From NCBI GenBank assembly GCA_016193585.1, contig JACPRW010000001.1:59171-123170 (forward strand): 64,000 nt of DNA. Reading direction: 5' to 3'. Under the pieces are notes generated by a model. That model saw only the letters and a list, made by a program, of their open reading frames with translations, was not told where the DNA came from and ran no database searches. Positions 57,794-64,000 of this stretch are shown one piece after another. The stretch is from Candidatus Aenigmatarchaeota archaeon. GTDB lineage: Archaea; Aenigmatarchaeota; Aenigmatarchaeia; GW2011-AR5. The first letter of the stretch is position 1; each line of letters starts with the position of its first letter. The position numbers and the translations under genes were made by a program.

Positions 57794-57934
57794 CTCTCCC
57801 GGAAGCTCGACATAACAGTTGGCGGTGCAGTTTTGATACGTGATCAGTAATTTATAGCTCTACAAGGAAACAAACAGGATATATTCCCCTGTGAGCATGT
57901 CCCTCATGGCAGCGGCATTCATGCGGTGTAAAGA

Positions 57935-58029
57935 TATAGTTAACCAAGTAAAGAATCCGGATATTATAACTTGGTTCACTATATGTGACCAACTTGTGTA
58001 ATACCTGAATATTAAGTTGGTCAGCTATA
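57935..58029. repeat. two adjacent small hairpin elements (tatagttaaccaag...cttggttcactata ; tatatgtgaccaactt...aagttggtcagctata)
   Basis: Perfect 9-10 bp inverted repeats with 20-nt loops and TATA termini. Confidence 0.75.
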
Positions 58030-58181
58030 ATCAATAAGTTCTCTGTCGTAGCCCGGTTGCTCGTCGTGTGTAAACTGGATGGAAGGTCATGTTACACCAA
58101 ACAGAGTAATGGGAGACCTTCGGCTTCGATGCTGTATGCCGAGTAGCCGTGCTCATAGCATCCGACTGAGAACAAATCGTG

Positions 58182-58934
58182 TTACCCTTCCTCGACGCGC
58201 GGCGCAAGAATGAAGGAGAGGCGCACTTTCTCAGGGACTTCGAACTGTATCTTGAGCGGATAGTCTGTCGAGAGCGCCAGCTGCGCGTGGTCGCTGATTT
58301 TGCGCGCCTTGAATATCTTTTTCAGGTAGTCGATAGAATAGCGCGCCCTGACTGGCTCGTTCATGTCAACAACCTTGAAGCTGTCTCCCTGTGGTATCTC
58401 CAGCTGCACCGACGATGCATCGCCTTCGGATTTCAGCATGAGCTGTTCCTTGCGGACGGTGAACACAACGGAGTCGGCGATGAGTTCGGCGTCGTCGATG
58501 CCTGCGGTTATGATGCCGGCGTCCGCGCTCGCAAACGAGGTGAAACCCGCCTCGAGCTTGCCGAGGTCTGGAGTCTCCTCCTTTGAGACGTCAATAAGCG
58601 GGAGGACGAACTTCCGTGTCGAGTTGCTCGCAAGGATGACGTGGAGTTTCTTGTCCTCGAGCCGCAGGGTGAGCGCATCTCCCGGCACCGCCCTTCTGAG
58701 CACCTGCATGAAGTTCAGCAGGTTGAGGCCAATCGTGGCGTCGCTTTCGTACTTGTAATCGCTGAACGCATTCCGGTGCATGAAAAAGTCGATGACCGCG
58801 ACGACTGCCTTGTCAGCAGCAACCATCTCGATGCCGCTTTCCTTGATGCGCAGCTCGGTCTCATCGATGAGTTCAGCAACAGCTCCGAGGCTGTCGCGCA
58901 GAAGTGCAATGTCGTTGAGCGTCGCTTCAAACAT
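58182..58934 (-). CDS. pcn: DNA polymerase sliding clamp PCNA
   Basis: The start is MFEATLNDIALLRDSLGAVAELIDE... About 250 aa with two-domain PCNA topology. Confidence 0.85.
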   Translation of the reverse strand: MFEATLNDIALLRDSLGAVAELIDETELRIKESGIEMVAADKAVVAVIDFFMHRNAFSDYKYESDATIGLNLLNFMQVLRRAVPGDALTLRLEDKKLHVILASNSTRKFVLPLIDVSKEETPDLGKLEAGFTSFASADAGIITAGIDDAELIADSVVFTVRKEQLMLKSEGDASSVQLEIPQGDSFKVVDMNEPVRARYSIDYLKKIFKARKISDHAQLALSTDYPLKIQFEVPEKVRLSFILAPRVEEG

Positions 58935-58938
58935 GCCG

Positions 58939-59250
58939 TCACCGTGCCACGTGCGTTGCCCGTACTTTCTGGTGCAGTTCGATGTCAAGCGCATGCATTG
59001 GCTGGACAAGCTCCGCCCGCAGTTCGTAGCCGTTTTCAAGCGGCAGGACGCGCGCAAAAACGCGCACCAGTTCGTTGTGGCGCACGTCGGTGTCAGCAAC
59101 GATTTCAGCTTTCCCGGTGCCGTCATCCAGCACCAGCACGCCGTCTGTTCTGTCAAGAACCCTGCCGAGAATGCGCACGCGGACATCGCCCTCGCGTATG
59201 TCAGCGATATTTTTGGGAACTGCTGGCAGGCGGCGGTATTCAAACGGCAT
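58939..59250 (-). CDS. OB-fold nucleic-acid-binding domain protein
   Basis: GDVRVRILGRVLDRTDGVLVLDDGTGKAEIV resembles the OB fold (tRNA_anti-codon type). It lies 4 nt upstream of pcn. Confidence 0.45.
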   Translation of the reverse strand: MPFEYRRLPAVPKNIADIREGDVRVRILGRVLDRTDGVLVLDDGTGKAEIVADTDVRHNELVRVFARVLPLENGYELRAELVQPMHALDIELHQKVRATHVAR

Positions 59251-59274
59251 AGAGATTGTTACCGCCCAAACTAT

Positions 59275-59583
59275 TTAAAATCCGGTATCCCACACCGGCT
59301 TCCCACGCTCGTCAGACAGCCGGTCGTCTGCCGGCATGTTCAGGTGTTTCTGAAGTTCCTGAAGGCTGAGAAGTCTTCCGTCTGTTTTAAACAGCGGGAA
59401 CACCTCAACGCCGCGCGTCTTGAGCGCGTCGACGACGTCGGCATGCGACCTCATCGCTTCCTTGTTGCGCATGTCAATGGAACGGATGACCGCACGGGGG
59501 AACGCGCTGCGGATGCGCATGACCGTGGCATCGAACGCAGCGGTACGGCCAATGCCCGGCATCTCGAAAATTTCGATGCGCAT
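59275..59583 (-). CDS. hypothetical protein
   Basis: 102 aa with no recognised family. Confidence 0.35.
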   Translation of the reverse strand: MRIEIFEMPGIGRTAAFDATVMRIRSAFPRAVIRSIDMRNKEAMRSHADVVDALKTRGVEVFPLFKTDGRLLSLQELQKHLNMPADDRLSDERGKPVWDTGF

Positions 59584-59647
59584 GGATTCACCGCAGTGCA
59601 GCAGGCAGGGAAAAAAAGAGAGAACAAGAGCAGAAGAATGGCGTCAT

Positions 59648-59758
59648 TTACTCCTCTTCGTCGCCGTATCCTTCTTCATCTTCATCATCCCAGTCTTCAT
59701 CATCCACGTCGTCGCCGCCTTCGTCCTGATATTTGAACTTCATTGTCTTGACCTCCAT
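59648..59758 (-). CDS. tiny highly acidic protein (D/E-rich tail)
   Basis: MEVKTMKFKYQDEGGDDVDDEDWDDEDEEGYGDEEE. It lies between pyrG and the downstream operon genes. Low confidence. Confidence 0.25.
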   Translation of the reverse strand: MEVKTMKFKYQDEGGDDVDDEDWDDEDEEGYGDEEE

Positions 59759-59848
59759 TGTTTCAAGTTCGGAAAGGTTTTGATGGTGGGACGCTGCAAA
59801 TTGATTTGCATGCTGTCCGCAAAAGTTATGTAGTAAGTGAGGCAATAA

Positions 59849-61579
59849 TTATTTAAAGCCTCTGATGCCTGAACGGGCGCACGCCTCGACGAAGCCGTAG
59901 TACAGCGGCGCAGGGTCGCTGAGCCTCGACTTAAATTCGGGATGCGCCTGTGTCCCGACAAAAAAGCGGTGGTCCGGCAGCTCGATGAACTCCATGAGCC
60001 TGGTCCCGTCGTCGCGCACGTGGAAACCGGGGAACGTCATGCCGTTCTTGACGAGCGTGCCGACAAAATCCGGATTCACTTCGTACCGGTGGCGATGACG
60101 CTCAAGGACGACAGCAGCCACCCGGTCGATGGTGCCGAGGCGGAACAGCTGGTCGGGCATGCCCCTGATGCGCTCGATGCGCGTGCTGTCCTTCTCGAGC
60201 CTGCCGGTGCGCTTGTACAAATCAAGGACACGCGACGCCCCAAGGATGGCGCTGTAGGCGCCCAGTCTCATGCTTGCGCCAATGACATGCTTCGACAGTA
60301 TTTCGCGCTGCAGGGTGAGTATGTCAATGACCGGGAAACGCGTTTCCGCGTTCACCTCGGTAGTGTGCGCACCGTCCATGCCGCACACGTTGCGCGCATA
60401 CTCGACGACAGCGAGCTGCATGCCGTAGCAGAGACCCAGAAACGGGACGTTATGCTCGCGGGCGTATTGGATGGCGGCTATCTTGCCCTCGACGCCCGAT
60501 GCGCCGAAGCCGCCGGGAACGATGATGCCGTCGTAGCCCTCCAGCCTGCTCAGGTTTGCCTTTGTTTCGAGCAGCTTCGCGTCAATCCAGTCGATGGAAA
60601 CGCCGATGTCCAGCACCGCGGTTGCGTGCTCGAGCGCCTGGTTGAGCGAGATGTACGAGTCGACGAGCGAATAGTCGCCGCTGTCGACGTACTTGCCGAC
60701 CATGGCGACCTTTACGGTGCGGGAGGGGGTTTCTATCCTGCTGACGAGAGCTTCGTATTTCTCCCATCCCGGCGATTTCCGCGGCTTCAGGTTGACTTTT
60801 GCAAGTATTTTCCTGCCGAGCTGCCCGGCTTCGAAATTGAGCGGAACGCGGTAGATGGTTTTCACGTCAGGAGCGGAGATGATGTGCTCGGAATCGATGT
60901 TGGCGTATATCTCTATTTTCTTCTTCCGTACCGTGTCGAGCGGCTTGGCTGCCCTGCACAGGACGAAGTCGGGGAATATGCCCATCTCGTTGAGCATGCG
61001 TATCGCCTGCTGCGTCGGCTTCGTTTTCATCTCGCCGATGTTCGACGGAACCGGCAGGTAGGTCACGAGTATGTGCACGACATTCTCCTTGCCCAGTTCG
61101 ACCTCGAGGCTCTTCATGGCGAACAGGAACGGAATGTTCTCGTAGTCGCCGATGGTGCCGCCGATTTCGATGAGGACGAAATCGAAGTTCTTGCCCGCCT
61201 CCCTGATGCGCCGTTTTATCTCGTCAGGGATGTGGGGGATGAACTGCACGGTCTGGCCGAGAAATTCGCCGCGGCGCTCGCGGTCGATGACTTCCTTGTA
61301 GACCTGCCCGGTGGTAATGTTGTTGCGTTTCGGTATGTCAATATCGAGAAACCGCTCGTAGTTGCCGAGGTCCTGGTCTATCTCGCCGCCGTCATCGGTA
61401 ACCCATACCTCGCCGTGTTCGGTCGGCCGCAGCGTGCCTGCGTCGTAGTTGATGTACGGGTCTATTTTGATGGCGGTGACCGAGAAGCCGTACTCCTGCA
61501 ATATTCTGCCGATGGCTGCGACGCTGGTTCCCTTGCCGACGCCGCTCATCACGCCGCCGGAAACAACAATGAGCTTCAC
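59849..61579 (-). CDS. pyrG: CTP synthase
   Basis: VKLIVVSGGVMSGVGKGTSVAAIG... plus a C-terminal GATase (GICLGMQ-like LGLCYGMQ). A GTG start at 61579 with GAGGGG 6 nt upstream is preferred; alternative ATGs lie at 61600 and 61624. Confidence 0.88.
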   Translation of the reverse strand: MKLIVVSGGVMSGVGKGTSVAAIGRILQEYGFSVTAIKIDPYINYDAGTLRPTEHGEVWVTDDGGEIDQDLGNYERFLDIDIPKRNNITTGQVYKEVIDRERRGEFLGQTVQFIPHIPDEIKRRIREAGKNFDFVLIEIGGTIGDYENIPFLFAMKSLEVELGKENVVHILVTYLPVPSNIGEMKTKPTQQAIRMLNEMGIFPDFVLCRAAKPLDTVRKKKIEIYANIDSEHIISAPDVKTIYRVPLNFEAGQLGRKILAKVNLKPRKSPGWEKYEALVSRIETPSRTVKVAMVGKYVDSGDYSLVDSYISLNQALEHATAVLDIGVSIDWIDAKLLETKANLSRLEGYDGIIVPGGFGASGVEGKIAAIQYAREHNVPFLGLCYGMQLAVVEYARNVCGMDGAHTTEVNAETRFPVIDILTLQREILSKHVIGASMRLGAYSAILGASRVLDLYKRTGRLEKDSTRIERIRGMPDQLFRLGTIDRVAAVVLERHRHRYEVNPDFVGTLVKNGMTFPGFHVRDDGTRLMEFIELPDHRFFVGTQAHPEFKSRLSDPAPLYYGFVEACARSGIRGFK

Positions 61580-61775
61580 GTAATACCCCTCGCAACGCAT
61601 CCGCTTATGCGAGTGCGTGCTCAAAGAACCTTTTGTTCTTTGGCAGCTCAGAGAGCTCTGCTCTCTGCAGCTATCCCCTATTACATCTAGTGTAACACGT
61701 CGGGAAAACTATAAAAGTGAGGAATGGGAACAAGCTTATAAATCTGCTGGACGTAGTACTATTCCGTACCCACTG

Positions 61776-62297
61776 TCAGCACACCTCCCTTGTTCTCGTC
61801 TTGTTTTCTGTTATGTTCCTGATAACCGTCATGCGCTTCTTGATGATGTTGTAACGGGTGACAGGGTCTGACTGGGCATAGATAACCCTGCCGGTAACTT
61901 CCTCGCCGGTGTCGTGGGCAAGGATGAACGTGTCAACGCTGCCGGCCTCTATGTAGTGCCGCGCGTTTTTTATTACGCTGCCGCGCTCTGCGGTGAACTC
62001 GACGATAACGGTAAACCATCCTGCTTCAGCGTCAGCGTTCCTTAGCTGCACCAAAGCCTGGGCGTACGAACCGCCGCCGGGATGCGTACCTTTTGAAAAC
62101 GTCGTGTTGACCAGTTCGTTTTTCAGGTAAACGGTATACGGCTGCTTCTCCTCATAGGTCACGTCTTCCGGATACAGGATATAGTCTTCGTACGTTTCAT
62201 TGACCTGCGAGCACTGTGGAAAAAGTCTCCCTCCTGACAGACAACCGCTCAGGACGACAATGCTTACCAGAAGGCAGGAAATCTTCATGTTCCGCAT
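61776..62297 (-). CDS. lipoprotein of unknown function
   Basis: MRNMKISCLLVSIVVLSGC lipobox. The upstream ORF extension overlaps repeat elements. Confidence 0.5.
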   Translation of the reverse strand: MRNMKISCLLVSIVVLSGCLSGGRLFPQCSQVNETYEDYILYPEDVTYEEKQPYTVYLKNELVNTTFSKGTHPGGGSYAQALVQLRNADAEAGWFTVIVEFTAERGSVIKNARHYIEAGSVDTFILAHDTGEEVTGRVIYAQSDPVTRYNIIKKRMTVIRNITENKTRTREVC

Positions 62298-62336
62298 AGA
62301 ATCTCTCTGGTCGGGCACAACACGTAGTTTTTGCCG

Positions 62337-62670
62337 TATATAGTGAAACAAGAAAAGATTCCGGATATTATTTTCTGGTTTCACATATACTAAACTGCGA
62401 AACTTATATGACGCAGATTCGCAGTTTGTATACAGATAACTGCTCATAATATGTCATGCAAATTATGCAGTTATCTATACATGGTAAAGCAAAGCATTAC
62501 CTGTACAGATGAAACGTTGTTTCACCATGTATAGCAAACAAGGAAGTTATCCTGTTTATTTCCTTGTATTGCTATAATAGTAAAGGACATTGATTCTGGA
62601 ACATTTTACAATGTTCTTTCCCTATAGCAGATTGCAGCTAAAAGTTCCATTATTATTACAATCTGCTATA
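62337..62670. repeat. large composite cluster of about 7 different hairpin elements (F1, F3v, F2v, TATACATGGT-type, F6, AAGGACAT-type, TATAGCAGATTG-type)
   Basis: 62388-62478 is identical to 39688-39778. 62520-62580 is the reverse complement of 1483-1530. 62578-62670 is near-identical to 56205-56297. Confidence 0.8.
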
Positions 62671-62701
62671 AGACTTATAAAAGCACAATACTAGTTATTT
62701 C

Positions 62702-63445
62702 ATGTTTCTCCGTACAGGACTTCCGCTGCGGCTGGAAAACAGCAGGCTCGTGTTCAGGGGCATGCCGTCCGTGGCGCCGGCGTTCAGGACGGCGAAAGAA
62801 CTGAAGGACGTCGCTACGGTAACGATGCCCGACAACGAGATTCTGTACGCGATGTACCGCAACATCCAGCGGCCGGAGCACCGGGAACTGTTCAGGCAGC
62901 GCAAAGTTCGCTACGACATCACTGTGATGCTGCCGCGCATGCTGGGCGCCGAGTATCCGAAAACAGTCGGCCACTATCACTCGCTTTCCCTCAAGGTTTC
63001 GTTCCCTGAAGTGTACGAAGTGCTCTACGGCAGGGCCCACTTCCTGCTGCAGCAAGGCAAGGGCAGGATTATCGAGGACGCGGCCGTTGTTGCGGCGCAG
63101 GCAGGCGACGTCGTCATCGTGCCGCCCGACTACGGGCACATCACCATCAACCCCTCAAGGGAGGTGCTCGTCCTGGGAAACCTTATCGCAGTCAATGCAC
63201 AGTCGGACTACAAGCTGATGCTCAAGTACCGCGGCGGGGCGTACTTCGAGACGCCGAAAGGGTTCGTTCCCAACAGGAAGCTCAAATCGCCGCCGCTCCG
63301 CCTGCTGAATGCACGGCGGCTGGGAAGGATGGGGACCAAAAGCCCGCTCTATTCGGCATTTGCAAAGAATCCCGAGACGTTCGATTTCCTCACCAATCCT
63401 GAAAAACACCTGAAGGATTTGAAGCGTGTTCTACCGAAAAAATGA
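62702..63445 (+). CDS. pgiA: cupin-type glucose-6-phosphate isomerase (archaeal cPGI)
   Basis: ...KTVGHYHSL...EVYEVLYGRAHFLLQQGKG...AGDVVIVPPDYGHITIN aligns with Pyrococcus cPGI (TKGHFH...AEVYVALKGKGG...VVYVPPYWAHRTVN). The true start may be an internal Met, which would make the protein shorter. Confidence 0.75.
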   Translation: MFLRTGLPLRLENSRLVFRGMPSVAPAFRTAKELKDVATVTMPDNEILYAMYRNIQRPEHRELFRQRKVRYDITVMLPRMLGAEYPKTVGHYHSLSLKVSFPEVYEVLYGRAHFLLQQGKGRIIEDAAVVAAQAGDVVIVPPDYGHITINPSREVLVLGNLIAVNAQSDYKLMLKYRGGAYFETPKGFVPNRKLKSPPLRLLNARRLGRMGTKSPLYSAFAKNPETFDFLTNPEKHLKDLKRVLPKK

Positions 63446-63680
63446 AATCCCCTTTGTGACCACTGCCTAAAGGCAGTGGCTTCTTGAGGATTTCTTTCGA
63501 CTTCGTGCAAAGGACTTCTTAAGAAGTCCTTTGGCGACTTAGAAAATCTCTGCTTTTCCCAAGTCTTCCCCTTCATATGGTGGAATCTCAGAGATTCCAC
63601 CTATGCAGGTGGTGTTTTACTCCACCAAGCATCCCACACCTAAAGGTGTGGGTTTTCGAAGAGGTCAAAATAAAATAAGC
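63446..63680 (+). terminator. array of five consecutive short-loop hairpins downstream of pgiA (possible terminator/structured RNA)
   Basis: ccactgcc-taaa-ggcagtgg; caaaggacttct-taa-gaagtcctttg; ggtggaatctc-aga-gattccacc; ggtgg..ccacc; cccacacc-taaa-ggtgtggg. The first, together with the preceding gaaatcccc, recurs at 7247-7280. Confidence 0.4.
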
Positions 63681-64000
63681 TTACAGGAACGGCTGCGCGA
63701 GCATGAGCAGTGCATAGGTCGTCGCTATATTCACCACGACAAAAAGTGCGTAGCCCGGTCCGAGCTGCTTGAGCGCGTAAGTGATGAGCAGCACGGAGAG
63801 CACATGGTATGCAGCGACAACGATCGCAGCGGCGGTGAAGAAGGGAAGCGTGTTAAGCGCGCCCGCAGCAACCCCCGCCATGCCGTTGAGCGGCATGACC
63901 ACGAGGGCATGCTCCCACCGGCGCGAGAAGAAGAAAAAGAGCACGGCAATTGCTGCGCCGTACGCGAGGCCCTTCAGCGGCCCCGCGAGGTAGCCGGTCA
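63681..64000 (-). CDS. integral membrane protein (5' part beyond window end)
   Basis: Hydrophobic helices. The frame is open to position 64000. Confidence 0.4.
   Translation of the reverse strand, partial: TGYLAGPLKGLAYGAAIAVLFFFFSRRWEHALVVMPLNGMAGVAAGALNTLPFFTAAAIVVAAYHVLSVLLITYALKQLGPGYALFVVVNIATTYALLMLAQPFL

Noticed and set aside
59942-61690. 582-aa ORF on + strand opposite pyrG
   Set aside because: It is entirely antisense to CTP synthase, has no domain signature and a low-complexity R/A/D composition.
1-64000. Looked for CRISPR arrays (regularly spaced identical direct repeats) and cas genes
   Set aside because: The repeat clusters consist of different palindromic units at irregular spacing with no constant repeat/spacer periodicity. 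No cas-like ORFs are present.

Overview
This looks like an archaeal chromosomal segment. The evidence is r-proteins L31e, L39e and S19e, aIF6, prefoldin alpha, FtsY, SRP54, exosome Rrp4/41/42, SBDS, RNase P Rpp21, PCNA, intron-containing tRNAs and archaeal-type lipobox proteins. The GC-rich backbone carries AT-rich islands.

Content, left to right:
- Purine biosynthesis is nearly complete and dispersed: purE, purC, purB, purN, purD, purF, purA, two tandem purP paralogues, and purM with a PurS-PurL fusion and purQ.
- One AT-rich island (16.5-19.4 kb) carries a PD-(D/E)xK nuclease-fold protein, a Zn-finger/2-TM protein, a small wH protein and a RelE/ParE-like toxin.
- A block of secreted lipoproteins follows: one roughly 900-aa beta-propeller repeat protein broken by a G9 frameshift, a beta-helix protein, a second beta-propeller protein and a YVTN protein.
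- The conserved archaeal cluster rps19e / PDCD5-like / rpl39e / rpl31e / aIF6 / pfdA / ftsY is interrupted by insertions.
- The exosome superoperon (sdo1-rrp4-rrp41-rrp42) and cysS follow.
- A tRNA-Thr(UGU) with a 21-nt intron is flanked by vapBC and mazEF modules; hicAB and relE modules occur elsewhere.
- A tRNA-Trp(CCA) carries a roughly 204-nt intron with C/D-box-like motifs.
- Also present: a GGDEF diguanylate cyclase, a Na+/H+ antiporter, a HIT protein, a geranylgeranyl reductase, PCNA, CTP synthase and cupin-type PGI.

The most unusual signal is a superfamily of 40-150 bp palindromic, TATAG-terminated MITE-like hairpin elements. They occur in at least 12 intergenic clusters, are mixed in order and orientation, and carry compensatory stem substitutions. 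One is nested inside another with a TA/ATA target duplication. Several supply the stop codon of the adjacent gene.

Two long poly-G tracts (G20 and G9) each split an ORF. No CRISPR array, rRNA or integrase was found.
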